The position numbers and the translations under genes are program-made. A stretch of DNA of 63,335 nt, filler included, from Lenisia limosa (lineage: Eukaryota > Protista > Breviatea): NCBI GenBank assembly GCA_001655205.1. It is 9 parts of 9 records of this genome, joined end to end, with 100 filler letters (N's around TTAATTAATTAA, not from the genome) between each part and the next. Parts side by side here need not be neighbours in the genome. Positions count along the whole stretch, not along the records: positions 1 to 6,716 come from LPNZ01000207.1; positions 6,817 to 23,860 come from LPNZ01003395.1; 7 more parts are not named here. One strand, written 5' to 3'. The notes under the pieces were generated by a model. That model was not told the DNA's origin. It was given only the letters and a program-made list of their open reading frames with translations, and did no database searches. Shown here piece by piece: positions 1 through 13,014 of this stretch. Numbering within the stretch: the stretch's first letter is position 1; every line of letters starts with the position of its first letter.

Positions 1-11
1 AGTTTTCTCGA

Positions 12-1790
12 GTGGTGTTGCCTTTTCTAACCGCCAGCAACTATTTGTCCATTGAAGTTGACGATTATGATGCTGTTGATGATTTCGATGACATCGGCCA
101 AGTAAACGTAGGAACCAGAATTTCATTGAATGTGATAGAAACCACATCAGAAGATGATTTCAGTAAAGAAATCGAGATTATGTTTCGCGTATCAATGCAT
201 TTTTTTACTACCTATCGTATCATACATATCGTATGCAAATGGTACCGGATATTACTATGGCTGGCGGGCGTATTATTTGAAACCTTATTTTCTAATCCCG
301 CAGATTCGACACAATGAACTTATCTCGGCTAATGCTCTCAGCTTCACACTGGTGCATCAGGAAGGTGGGCCAACGGAATGTCCGCTAATATGTGCAGGAA
401 CGAAGAAACAAAAACAAGGAGGCGTGGTGTTCGTAACCTCAACCTCGCGACCTCTTTTCAAGTTTGGGGCTAAGGCTTACTTTTGCCTTTCAAATCAATG
501 CGTAGACCTACAGTGACCGGGATATGTCTTGACTGATTTGCTATGTGATTTCCCAATGAAAATCGGTCAAGACTTATCCCGGTCACTGTCTTTTTGTTTG
601 ACCTCTCCAGTCTGAGGCATCTTCTCCAAAGCACACATCGCATCAACCTCTGTACCGCTGTCGACATGAGCAGTGGCGTGTAAGAGGGCTCTCCTCAGAT
701 CATATGCCAATAGTGGCGTGTTAGAGAGCCTTCTCCTCAGTATCATATACCAATTCCAATGTTATTTTGTCATGCATTCAGCCACCCCGGAAACTTGAAC
801 TCCAAGCACTACGAATACAACAACCTTTGTGCCGTCACACAAAATATGATGCAGCTCAACAATGCCGTTTCCCTTACCAACGAAATGGCGTCTTTCCATG
901 TGGGGGCTATGATATGCTAAGTCACCACGTCTCTTTTGACATTAACTCTCTAGCTTTCTACTTTTGGAGCGCAGATCACAGACTTCGAACAAAAGTAGGT
1001 ACACGGTCCTGTCCTGACATTCAGGCGAGTTTTTGTGTCACACTTCCACCCAGTTGAGACAGACGGGCCCAACTCAATGCATCATGCTTATCGAAAGTTC
1101 CTTGAGGTATGCGAGGAAATAAATATTGTTATTGTTATTTTGTTGACAATTTAGAGTATTCAACCCGGGTTCCCTTGCAGAGTCATGCCAACTATTGATG
1201 GTGATTGGTTTAGTTTTCAAGGGGGGTTTTGTTGAAAGATGATTTCTCATAGCTATTTAGCTATTTCCTCTCAAATTCGTTCAAACGTCTTCCCAACAGA
1301 GTTCAATATCATCCACATCATTATTGACATGGGTTTGTGGGTGAACAAGTGGTTAAGTTGTTATCATCATAATAGCCGGATTATTTAAAAATTAAAAACA
1401 ATCCTTTCTATTTCTGCACACCAAGCATTCAACACCACTTTACTACATAGGATTTGCTGATGGAGAGGAATTCAATAACCACTTGGCCGAAATGATTTCG
1501 GGCCTTCCCACTGTCGTCATTGTGTCGCAGTTAGAAGGCACCCAGGGCCTCAAGCAGACCAAACAAGTCTTGGTGAGCAAGTCAGGCTTGTTTTTATTGT
1601 TAATTCCAGTAACCACGGCTTTCAAAGTCAGGGTATCAATAACCATGTCAGGAAGTGAGCCGAAAGGACAACCCCCGTGAGACTCTCCGTCGAATCCAGG
1701 CCTTTGTCACTCAAGCGGTATGACGGGCCTCGGTTTATTGGAACGTGGTGTGAAGTCAATATCCTCTGTTTTGAGTGTCCTTTTCATCGG
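12..1790 (+). CDS. Copine-like protein (C2 + vWA), multi-exon, 5'-partial, 3' end approximate
   Basis: Spliced reading gives ...SIEVDDYDAVDDFDDIGQV (C2-like)...GTKKQKQGGVVFVTSTSRPLFN|LRHLLQSTHRINLCTAVDMSSGV|HPGNLNSKHY...STFGAQ...VFVSHFHP...HAYRKFL|SIQPGFPCRVMPTID|EFNIIHIIID...ISGLPTVVIVS. This is collinear with the copine motifs KKKxYKNSG, FLDY...INFTVAIDFT, NGxPxxxSLHY, FGFGA, VSHxF, GPTxF, LLIITDG and LPxSIIIVG. GT-AG junctions restore the frame. Confidence 0.72.
511..588. mobile_element. MITE-like family A, copy 1 (78 bp, TIR CAGTGACCGGGATAWGTCTTGAC), in a copine intron
   Basis: cagtgaccgggatatgtcttgac...gtcaagacttatcccggtcactg: 23-bp TIR with one mismatch. Related copies lie at 11601-11671 and 14302-14366. 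Confidence 0.75.
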
Positions 1791-1979
1791 TACAAGTCTT
1801 GACGTTATAGATGACCCATTACATCACATCAACATCATAGTGGTCTTGTAGTTTTGATAACATTTTACTTTATGTGTGATGTGTTAGTCTCCTTCCATAT
1901 ATAAACCTATATCAAAACTCATAATGTAAAGTAAGTAGCATGTTCCCTAATTGGAGGAGTGGTACTTTCGTTTACTCCT

Positions 1980-4380
1980 CGAAAGAACTGGAGACGTCAT
2001 AAACATGGGAGGGATGATAAGCAGTAAGCAAACATGGGAGGGTGTCACGGTTTGGCTTGGTGAAGGTGGAAATTCTTTGAGCTTGCGACCCCGATGAAGG
2101 AACTGTTGGAGATGTGGCATTCCTGTATCTCTTTAGATGAAGCTATTGTTAGAGGAATAGGGTCAATAGTCTCAAGACATAGATATATCATATTGTTTAT
2201 TAAGATATGAAATTGTTATTCATTCATATTGGGACCATACCTGGTGAGTAAGCCAATGGTGGCGGTGTCACAAACTTTTTCAGACGCCGTATGTTCTTCA
2301 AATCTACCAAGTTCAATCTTTGACATCCAAATAATAATGCTCATATCATGACTCATTTACCCTGGACCTCATAATGTGACAAATATTAATATTCTGTTTC
2401 TGTAATCTCATGACTGTATTTAAAATATTATATTGCGTTGTGTCACGAAGACTGCACATTAACTAAAGATCTGTCTCCAACACATACGGGGTAGTTTTGC
2501 GGGAACAGAAGAACGAACGGCTACAGCCCCTTAGTCAAAAAGGTAAGTAGTTTGAGGTTTCTTCATAAATCCTTGAATATTTTGAGGGTAATTCTCCAAA
2601 CTAACCTGGAATGCTGGTCGGAATGGTGGTGGTGGGAGCTGGCGTTGGAATAGGTGTTGGTGGTATTGTCGTACGGAGGGGAACTGGCATCCTGTCTGGA
2701 TTACACTTTATGATATAATTTCAGTAAAACGTCAACACCCTTGCTTCACTCACCGCACTTCCGGCTGCTTCACAATCTAAAGGGATAAGATAAGCTAGAC
2801 TGTTGTCACCTTTCAGCCCTCCTGCCTACTGGCTTGGGTATTCGTGTTACAGCTTTGGGTTCTTCCGAGGATATGGTCTCTGTGTCAGATGGATCGTCCT
2901 CAGTAGACGATTCGGATGCTTCTGGGCTGTCCTACTCTGTCAAACACCCAAATTTATTACACAAATGTATTACAAAGCAAACCATATTTTCCTTGTTGGT
3001 ACCTTTCCTTGCTCTCGTCAGCTCACAACGCGGCCCGTGATGCAAGGCAACCAGCACCTGATCGGTCAAATGTTATCACTTGCCTTTTTGTTCGATATAT
3101 TATATCAGATATAAACCACCTCCAACCTGTCTCTCAAATTCCTTCATTCTACGGTCACTTGTGTATCCATGAACCTAGAAATGTTAAAATGAGGGCCTTA
3201 TGTGAAACAACTTTCAATGATAAACTGATATTAGTGCGACTAAATTATTAAAAAAATCGGGTTTTTTTAATTTAATCGCACTATTGAAATGATTGATGGC
3301 GCACTTGAGCAATAGGTACTCGTCGAGCCACTCCTCCTTTGACAAACACGGGGGGCTTTGGATCTGTACCATAAACAGGTGCCATAAAACAGGCGAAAGA
3401 CCCACCACGAGGCGGAGGGGAAGGAGTAGGAGTCGGATCAATCAGGTCGAGCTCCGCTAGGTCATGGGGCGGGGGGAAGAGGCTACCTGTGTACGATATT
3501 TCACCTGTGACCTGTTAAACCAACGCTTGAAAGTCTCTAATGAATTTCCCCTAACCTGAGTCGAAAGCAACACATGGCTGAAGTGTTCCATGAGATGACA
3601 TTGCAAAATGAACTGTTCGTGTTAGCGTGAATGTAAGGCGTGACAGAAGCCAAAGTGTCCCACCAGATAGAAAACACAGGGAAATTGGCGGATCCCATAG
3701 TCGTGTACCTGAAGGTATTGGGGGGCAGTGCCATTCCTGAAACTACAAATGTCAAAAGAATCCTAATTACACCAAGACTTTTGCCAAACAAACCAAAGGT
3801 TGTTTCAGCTTCTTCTCTGGTGTACAGTGTCGAACTGATAGATCAGAAATGGCAAGTCACAAGATGGTGTCAATTAGTGGCTAAACTTACGTGGGACTGT
3901 AAGGTAACTTTGCTCAGGAAGGTGTATTCTCTTCTTCACTATCAAAGACCTGCTAGGTTAGGTTCCTAAACACCCAGGCATTTGGCAGCACAATACCACA
4001 AACCTCTGATGTGGCTGTTTCTTGACATGATTTGGGCGCCCCTTAATTGTGAAAAACTCCTTCGATTTTGTGAAATAAGACACGTCCATGATAGTAATAA
4101 AATGATCACAGATAGCTATTTCGGACTCCCTCACAATGATTTGGGTGTTTGCTGGTCTGCCAAGATGGGTATATTGGCTCATAGTCGTGCCTGACTCACT
4201 TTCATTCACCTGGAACAACTAAAGATAGTGACCTCACAATTCACAGTCCTTTGATACCTACAAAAACCTCTGTCGGAAAGGGTGCACAACCAATTCCAAT
4301 TGTAATCTCCCACAAACCTGTTATCTATACCCTTTGCGCAGCATCACAGTACGGAAGGACCGAAGACCGTGGAGTCAGGA
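1980..4380 (-). CDS. Hypothetical multi-exon protein with a Pro/Thr-rich C-terminal part; boundaries uncertain
   Basis: Minus-strand exon-like segments with GT-AG flanks: VSGMALPPNTFRYTTMGSANFPVFSIW, PPCLSKEEWLDEYLLLK, EDDPSDTETISSEEPK, PVPLRTTIPPTPIPTP. No family recognised. Confidence 0.4.
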
Positions 4381-4856
4381 GGTGATGGATGGAATGAATT
4401 GTGCTATCCGAAAAACAACTTGATTCGATGTTGCGAAGTGATTATGGATTATGCGGTAACGTGAACACTATAATAATACAAATTGTAATGAACGCAGTTT
4501 ATGGTCCCTCCAGGGAAAGAACGCGCACTCTCACGCAAACTTACCGTATATGGTAGGTTGTCGTGATTGAAATTTGGTTGGGAGAGAGACCAACGAGAGC
4601 TGCTCCATCCCTCGCCTCTTCCTTCTGCTAACTTACATAAACAACAGCTGAAGAGCTGAAGCTGAACACGTTTGGATCATGCTACAATGAGAAGGAACAC
4701 AGGATCACGTATGGCGCATCGACGAGATTCTTATGAAAACGTTGCACTACACCCAATTCACTAGATCGCTATAGAGAGCCGTGTACAACAAATCTGTCTG
4801 CTTTCACTCAAAAATAATACATCACTACATGCTTCCAAGATACACCATAAATAAAA

Positions 4857-5700
4857 CTACTCGTTGCCAAAAAGAGCTTGCTCCTGGTCTGAGAGGGAAT
4901 CCGCGTTCCACGCCTAAAGTGTCATAATTGGCTATATTGTACGTACATATGTGTGTACTATGTTTATATACATATACTATATGATAGTATATAATATATA
5001 TACTAGTACATATATTATACTAATATATGTAGTATATATAGTATACTAGGGAAAGAGGGTTCATCTTGCTACTGACACAGATGAACGTTTATCTCACCTC
5101 TACACCCTGACTGGCCTGGTCAGGTTCCCCGATGGAGGAGCTGCCGAAAAGCGCTGCTTCATCATCAGCTAATGCTCCTTAACCGGTTGGAAAATGAAGA
5201 AAAGACAATATGCTAGAACTAGGAGTAAGGATGCCCACCTCTTGTTGTCCATGTGTCCATTTCTTTGACATGGCTCGGTGATGTTGTCTGAAGCAATTAT
5301 CAAGAGCAAAGGCAATCAAACTCTGAAATTCGATGATATAGTGTCTCGAACCTTTGTGGAGGCGGTTGCAATCATTTCAATTGAGCTGTCCTCCCTAAAA
5401 TGTGAGTTTAGTGCTCTTTTGACCAAATTGCTACCAGACCCTTCAAAGAGCATTTTGTCGTCTTCCATGAGGGACATGGTCAAGGCTGACGGCGGAGTCT
5501 CCGAGGCCTTGGGGGTTACACGGCACGAGTAATCATGAGAATACTACCACGTGGGCAAACACCGCAACAAAGAGCTGACAACCTCACCTGTTTCTTTGGT
5601 GGAAGGACAATTGGTTGTGCGTTAGGGTTTGAGCTTTCAAACGAAGTTGATACAGTAGGGGGCTAGAGGTGCATCAGGGTATAGTTACCGAAAATCTGGA
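4857..5700 (-). CDS. Hypothetical protein with an internal repeated motif L(A/S)D(D/Q)E(A/Q)ALFG
   Basis: Exons read ...SALTMSLMEDDKMLFEGSGSNLVKRALN...|TTSPSHVKEMDTWTTR|GALADDEAALFGSS...|...DSLSDQEQALFGNE* with TAG at 4857-4859. The start was not located. Confidence 0.4.
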
Positions 5701-5979
5701 ACAGTGGAACAGCTGATTAAAAAATGGCAACAGCTCTATTTTTGATACGAAATTTATCAGGAAATTGAAAGGAACAAATAGGGAAGACGGAAGGATTGAA
5801 ATGCTGAAAGGAAGTGTTACCCACCGCATATTGTTGGCTTGAGGCATGCGAGGGAGGAGTGGAAAGTGTTGACGGGGTCTGTTGCGGTTAGAGTATTATT
5901 TAACCCAAAAATTGGGGATCTGTGAATATAGCCCAATCCACCGATCTCAGTGACATCGCTGACGCCGAATGCGGGGTTA

Positions 5980-6560
5980 TGATGTCAGGTGTGCTGACAC
6001 CCTGGCGGTCTACTAAGCTGCTTCGGTCCTATGTGATTTAGGAGAGCAGTATAACAAACTTCACGTAGGGAGTAACTATACCACAAAATAAGTCAATATC
6101 GTTTAACTTCTGTTATTTTTCCACTCATTTACACAGGTTCCTGTGGTCCCTCAATCAAATCTCATACTGAAGTAATACTTGGCTTTCGTGTTAGTGAGTC
6201 CGGTTGTACTAAAGTGTCAGCATGGCAGCAGGGATTTGCTAATACAAAGCCGATAATCCTCACTGGGCTGAAGAGTGTTGCTTTGTTCAGGTGGGTGATA
6301 GCTTCGTGCTGGTGTCTCAGGATGACCCGTGGCTTTGGCTATCCTTTCAGCACCACCCTTGGGTTGGTCTGAAAAAGTAAGTGGTGGAGAGCTGGTGTTC
6401 AAGAGAAGCAATAACAAAATTCCACTTCTCCACATATACATGAATCAATGGCGTGCGTGTGTGTCTCAAGATACGCGTCTACAGCCCGGCTGTATATGGC
6501 GGAAAGGGCCAAGGAATCCCCAAGAGGTGCCCTCAGGGCTGCAACCGACCACTGAAGTGC
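5980..6560 (+). CDS. Possible gene fragment next to a contig end (unknown product)
   Basis: Short GT-AG-flanked segments join to ...TEVILGFRVTDNPHWAEECCFVQ|DDPWLWLSFQHHPWVGLK, which has weak C2-like NPxWxE character. Confidence 0.22.
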
Positions 6561-6716
6561 CTTGTACGGCGGATCTACACAATAACAATACAATAAAGCT
6601 AATATATAGATTAGTTAACGATATATCATATGTATGTATATGATATGATATAATTATACATACTATTTAGATATGCATATCATAGCTATATTACATACTA
6701 GTATGATTATATAGAG

Positions 6717-6816
6717 NNNNNNNNNNNNNNNNNNNNNNNNNNNNNNNNNNNNNNNNNNNNTTAATTAATTAANNNNNNNNNNNNNNNNNNNNNNNNNNNN
6801 NNNNNNNNNNNNNNNN
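6717..6816. other. Artificial contig spacer N44-TTAATTAATTAA-N44
   Basis: Exactly 100 bp. The 12-mer has stop codons in all six frames. The same structure recurs eight times. Confidence 0.97.
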
Positions 6817-8860
6817 GCACCTCCTCCCAGTCGTTTAGGCCCTGGGGGTATTAACACAGGTGTTATAGTCAGTAATTGGGGAGGCATAAAAGGGATGACA
6901 AAGGACAACAAAGGAACCAAGGGAACACAATAAGCAAAAGGTTGTATACACCTTGGCCGTCCGTCCAATACTGTATTTGAGAGGGTCTTGAGGGTCATCA
7001 GTGGGGGCAAGTCCCTGTACAGAGAGTGAACAGAGGTGATGACAAGACATAGTATTGCTTAGTAAGTTAACAGAGGTAATGACACGGCGTAGTATTGCAC
7101 AGTGAGTGAGCAGAAGTGTTGACAAGACATAGTATTCCCACTAAGTCAACAAACCTTCTCATCCTTCTCTCCAACTCAAGTCAACAAACCTTCTCATCCT
7201 TCTCTCCAACTCAAGTCAACAAACCTTCTCATCCCCCGTCCAACTCAAGTCAACAAACCTTCTCATCCCCCTCTTCCCACCAAGTCAATAAACTCCTGAA
7301 ATATATCTTATTGAAATGAAAAATAAAAAAGGTTGCATAGTCAGCCCACTTTGTCGACAAATTACAAAAAATACATCAAAGTCAAAAGACTCATAGGGTA
7401 CTACATAAAAAAAAAGTGGGTTTCAGTTGGCTTCCTAAAAATAATGAGATTGGTTACAAAAAAAGTGAAAGAAATTGTGGAATCTAACGTTTGCTTTAGT
7501 ATATATATCATCAAAAGATTGTAATAGCTCTCGTGCTGACACGTAAGGCATTCAACAAACATCCACAAACATCCACAAACATCAAGCTCATTTGACGCCT
7601 CCTTGAGACGTTCAAGATAAGCCTGCATGTTCTTTAGCCGATCACTGCTTGAGGAAGATTGTTTAGCCTGTTATGTCAGAAAAGTTCAGCCATATAAGAC
7701 ATTAACCGTTTGCTTACCTCAGTTTGTCCTAAGTTCTCAAAGACATCTTGAACCGAACCTCCACGTCTTGAATACATGTAAGTTGAGGAGAACAAAGACC
7801 CTCACATACTTAATTGTCTGGCTTGCACTAAGCCGTCGCGATAGTGATGTGGCTCCACTAGGAGGCGTCTAGGAAGGGTCAACAGTAAAAAAGAAACAAA
7901 TAGATTACTATTTAAGACTAATAATTGTTTCGTCACCATCGTACCAAACTAGGGCTTAATGGAGTGCAAGCTCCAGAGACTGGTGCTGACTGTGCTGCAA
8001 TATATGTACCTGGGAGTAAACCTAACCAACGTATTAATGGTATATTCTGTAAAGAAAATAACTCAATGGAGGACGAGTTGTTTTGACAATGAGAAACCCT
8101 CAAAATACGCGGGGTTACATCAATACTGACCTTTATATAGCATACATATTTATTGAATTCAGGAGAACAAGTGCCTATGGAGACAATGACCCAACACCAA
8201 GTTCTACTATATCATATACATATATATGTTGTAATTATGTAATTATTGCTTATATTGTTCACTTTGATGGATTTTATTTGTGATTTACATTTCACTCATT
8301 TTATGCTGTTGCTTTCAGCATATTAAAACGCTAACCAAAGGCAGGCCAACTGGGCAAACCTGAAGACTTTGTATGTAACTCGGGTACTGAGGTAACGCGA
8401 TGAGCGGCAACAGGAGGTGGAGGTGAAGTGCTTGAGGATGAGATAAATAATTGTGTTTTGATGAGAGTACGTCTTGAAGCCTTTGTAATTGTCACTTTCA
8501 TCACAACCTATACCTACCTTGGTGAAGTAGTCGGAGAGTCTTCTCCAAGCATATTTTGAAGTGACGCAAGCCGTTTGTGCAGTTTTTCCATTTTAGCCTC
8601 ATGCTCTTTGCTCGCATTCGGAAGAGATGAGAAGGAGCCCTGTGATAGTGAACTATTGACGATTACGTCACAATGCTTCTTTTTATCACTTATCCCCCCC
8701 CCCCCCNNNNNNNNNNNNNNNNNNNNNNNNNNNNNNNNNNNNNNNNNNNNNNNNNNNNNNNNNNNNNNNNNNNNNNNNNNNNNNNNNNNNNNNNNNNNNN
8801 NNNNNGGGAGTTGAAGAACAAGAAGCAGTATCAGCTTCCGGAGAGAGGGAGATAATTGAT
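6817..8860 (-). CDS. Hypothetical coiled-coil/Pro-rich protein, partial, spans an N gap
   Basis: Exons: SKEHEAKMEKLHKRLASLQNMLGEDSPTTSP, SSSTSPPPPVAAHRVTSVPELH, DRLKNMQAYLERLKEASNELD, GLAPTDDPQDPLKYSIGRTAK. Confidence 0.4.
7030..7145. repeat. 40-bp minisatellite, 3 degenerate copies
   Basis: The unit ACAGAGGTRATGACAAGACATAGTATTGC... starts at 7030, 7070 and 7110. Confidence 0.85.
7143..7290. repeat. 34-35-bp minisatellite, about 4 copies, abutting the 40-bp array
   Basis: Unit AAGTCAACAAACCTTCTCATCCTTCTCTCCAACTC, repeated head-to-tail without spacers. Confidence 0.9.
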
Positions 8861-9949
8861 TCCTGAGATCATAAAATAATAATAATAATCATATACCCTA
8901 GGAAAATTGGAAATGTCATAATTATCGGGAAATTCTTCATATTTTTTTTTTAAAAAAGACCATATTTTCAATATTATGATCCTTCACATGACAAGGGGGA
9001 CATTGTGGGGGGTAATAAGGGAGGGGGGAGGAGAAAGGAACCTAACCTTTATTGACACGACATCGAAATGTCAAAAATATGACGTATGGCAAATGTCATA
9101 TAAATATGACTTTTTCATCTAAATATGGCATTATTTTTTTTTATAAAATATGAGATTTGTCATCATATGACATGATGGTGAACAACACAAAATATGACTC
9201 CAAAAAGTGGGGAACAATGAGTCAAAATATGACATTTATCCTATTCCTCCGGGCAAATACATAAGATAATTGTAATATTTTCTTCCCATCATATTCATCA
9301 TATAATATGACATTCCCATAACGTGTCACCCCATATCCCCCTCACCCTTTTAACCCCTTTATCTCCTTTATCCCGTAAATGATTTTTATGCTTCTAAAAA
9401 AAAGGGGGGATTTTTAGAGAAAAAAATGACCCCAAAACGAAAAATATGACTTCCTCATTTCCCCGAGAATACGTTGTTCCCGAGGGGATAAGGCATTCCA
9501 GGATTTATCTCTATAATATGTATATTTAGTATATGATATATTAGAATATATCAATATGTAGTTGTAGCTATGTACATATAGTATATCATATATAATACAT
9601 ATTATTTTGCAGAAATAAGAAGTTGGAAAAGCAAAGTTATGAAGTCCCCATCCACCAATGATAATATTAGTATAGAAGCCTACGGCCATTTTGGTTGTAG
9701 CAATGAAGGACGTGGTAGGACGCAGTGCATTCCGTGATCTGTCATATTTGTGAAAGAAAGCTCTCCAGTGCTTCTAAAACCCTCTCAAAATACCTGGATG
9801 GTCCCGTTTTAAGAACGAGCAACTCTCTCTCTTCTCTCTGCCGTGCGGCTTCAAGGCTTGAGTTCATCCCAACTCCAATTACTGCCTAAGGAGATCAACT
9901 GGTACACGTAAAACCACTTGTGAAAGGATCTATCAACCCCATCAATCAT

Positions 9950-12900
9950 GTTGACATCTAAAATACTAGCAGGCTCAAAAAGCAGCCAACTGAAAGAATG
10001 GCCTTTCTCCGCGATGCCATCGCAAGTGGGTCCAGTACCACTTCCTCGTTTTTGTCACTGTCCAACGCAAATCGGTTTCCAGGCTAGGGAATGAATACAT
10101 TTGTCATATCATATAGTACATACACTACATACGACATACATAATTGCATACATATTACATAATATAATTACATACACTACTACATATACATTTACATATA
10201 TACATAATTACATACATACATCATATGCATATCATATACTATATATTATAGCTAATATATATGCATATACATATTTATCATATATATTATCATACAATAT
10301 CATAAATATACAAAAAAAAAAAAAAAGACTGAGGAACAAAGTATGTCAGCTCTCACGGTCTGAATTTGGGCAATATCTCTTTTCAAAGACTCTTTTCTGT
10401 ACACAGAGCCAACGGGCTGAAGTGGAGTAGGGGCCAGTGCGGGCAGCGCTGAAGTCTCATTGTGTTGCAGATCAGTTTTGGATGGTACAAGCCTGCGAGA
10501 AAGACTATTAGTAAATGATACCGCAAATAACTTTTAGAGCAGAATATTGACAAAGGAGCAGATATCGCATATGATGGAACCCATACATACCCAGGTGGTA
10601 CTGGGGCGACTGTGTGGTTCGGTTTATTTTGGGCCTGGGACTCACGGAGCTGATAAACACTACAGATAACATTTTTAAACAAAGAAACACAATTCTGGGT
10701 ATTCAGATATCATAGTATCGACGTGAAATCTGAAACAGTACGCACAAAGAAGAAACAACCTTTAATTGGTGTACCTACCTTGAGTTGCCAAGGTAATGGG
10801 AGGAAATAAGAAGGTTTGGAGGTTCGGCGTTGGTCAAGGTCAAGGTAGCATTATCCACGTTCATCTGAGGAGTCAGTCAGAGCTTTTCATTGAAGATCTT
10901 CAAAAAAAAAAAGTCCCATCTTCTCACAGTTTGCATGAAGGCTCCACTAGCTCGATAACGCACCTCTACCCCACGGGCGGTAGATCCTACGTAATAGTCT
11001 CCATCAATCTTGATTGTGGACGGCGGTGCTGACCAAGTGGTCTACACCGTCACAACATTAGGGTCAAAATCACATGTAAACAAAACAATGGTACAAGAGG
11101 AAACACCCACTGTCATGTTAACCTTCGAGTCCTTGAGATCGAATTCCTGTGATGTCAAAAATTTCAAAAAATTGGTTTTCCACCTTCTCCCCCGCCAACA
11201 TAAGTGGTGTAGCTAATGGTAACAACTGCTCTATTGTCTCCAGGAAGGGCTGCAATAATGCGCATATCTGGAGTGAGTGGGAATGCTATCACCTAAAAAG
11301 TTGATTACAATAATATTTTTCGTGTTAGACGAAAAGAAATTGATCAAATTTCCTACCAAAGAAATCCCTTCATGAGTGACTAGGTAGAAGCCATCAACTT
11401 TCGCTATCATAATTCCTGGTCTGAATGTATAATAAACCCTCAAATATCACCTAACATTTTGATCATACCCGCCAACCTGTAATCTTTTGACCTGGCTGGA
11501 GGAAACCCACCATTTTCGCATGATGCTGACATGGCACTAGAGAGGCTTGTGGATTGGGCAGTTCTGGAAAGGGTTTTCATTAAATTTTTATAATGATTTT
11601 CAGTGACCGGGATAAAGCCTTTGCAGTGTGATTTCCCAAGGAAAAGCGGTCAAGACTTAATCCGGACACTGAAATATAAAACAATATTATATATGCTATC
11701 ATATGTACAATATCATATAATATTATATCATAGTATATACATATCATATCATATGCATATCAGATATTGTAGCATATAATGTACTAGTAATATGATATAA
11801 TACATCAACTTTTTAGATCTAAACCAACCTGAAAGGTAGACCAGCAGCAACCAAACGGCCTCCTTCAGGAATAGGTAATGTGATATTGGGCACGAGCTGT
11901 GACGAGTCGGGAGGAATCACGAACACCTCCACAGACTTTCCCGTTGTAAAGAACACCGATCTGCCCACCGCAGCTAAAACATGTCATCCTTGAACGAAAT
12001 GCAACGGCTTACCAAGGAATGGCAGAGCTGAGGCACACAGAGTTGTGGCTGTTGAAATGAAATCAACTGTCCCTATGTGCGTTGTGTCATACGCAATAAC
12101 TTGTGTACCTGATGGGGGGGAGGGGATAAAAAAGTTGAGTGATTGTATTAAATAAAACATCAGCTCTGCTTGATCATAAATGAAAATTCGTCCCCCCCCC
12201 TCCCCCCACCCTCCAAAGCGATAATAACCGAAGATCCAGTAACAGCGACGAGCTTGTCTGCAGGTACTGTGGTTAATTGCTCCAGACAGCCTACACACAA
12301 AGATAAATATTTTCGATAGGAACTTGAACTCACCATTTTCCAGCTTTGCGTAAATCCCTTGTTTTGAGGAAATCACCAACGTTTTACCCACAGGCAACAC
12401 GGTACTGAAAGCATTAATGTCTCTTGAGAATTAGAGACTCAGTTGAATTTAAATAGTTCTTCAAACCTTGCATCACACTGCAGCTGACCAATTACTTGAG
12501 TGGCTTTGTAAACACAGCCAAAGTACTGCATCGTCAAGGCAGAAGACTCAAGCATTCTCAGACGTTGACCTTAGGTGTAAAGACAAGGGAAGGGCTAAAT
12601 CGGCAACTTAAAGAAAATGAAAAGTACACACAAAGCACAAATGAAACATACCTGATTCTCGTGATGTAATGAGTTGTGCCTCAGACATTTTTTTTATCTA
12701 GAAGGATGATCAATCAGCATGGGACTCACAGACCTTGGCTTTGTCGGTGACTGTTGCAACTAAGTCGCCAAGAATGGCCTCATTAGTTCGGGTCATTTTG
12801 TTACCAAACGCCTTGGCCTTCATTGAAGCTCTTTCACCATTAATCACTACACAATATTAGTTCAAAAAAGAATGCGCTTACGTTTGGTAAGAAGAAACTT

Positions 12901-13000
12901 TCGAAGATCAGCAGCACAAAAGAAGACAGGGGGATTGGGTAAAACTGGAGAGAAATCTTCAACATCATTCTTCTGAGCTTGGTGCACTCTGTCAACTTGT
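9950..13000 (-). CDS. Multi-exon protein with a possible CNH-like beta-propeller region; may be more than one gene
   Basis: Beta-rich exons LPVGKTLVISSKQGIYAKLENGEFKFLS, GTQVIAYDTTHIGTVDFIS, VLAAVGRSVFFTTGKSVEVFVIP and IIAKVDGFYLVTHEGISL resemble CNH-domain spacing. The family assignment is an inference. Confidence 0.35.
11601..11671. mobile_element. MITE-like family A, copy 2
   Basis: cagtgaccgggataaag...tttcccaaggaaaagcggtcaagacttaatccggacactg shares TIR and core with 511-588. Confidence 0.7.
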
Positions 13001-13014
13001 TACGAATTGATATA

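Noticed and set aside
6761-6772. TTAATTAATTAA as a biological motif (piggyBac TTAA site or PacI site)
   Set aside because: It is always centred in exactly 44+44 Ns. It is an assembly linker with stops in six frames.
6936-6968. Possible extra family C copy (aaggttgtatacaccttggccgtccgtcc)
   Set aside because: Half of the match is exon sequence of the minus-strand gene and the hairpin core is missing, so it was not counted.
7143-7290. CRISPR-like array of ~35-bp repeats
   Set aside because: The repeats are contiguous with no unique spacers, there are no cas genes, and the context is a eukaryotic intron. It is a minisatellite.
9950-10087. In-frame TGA at 10055-10057 as a possible selenocysteine
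   Set aside because: The phase-0 splice join selects a different, stop-free frame (PGNRFALDSD...). There is no CxxU motif and no SECIS was identified.
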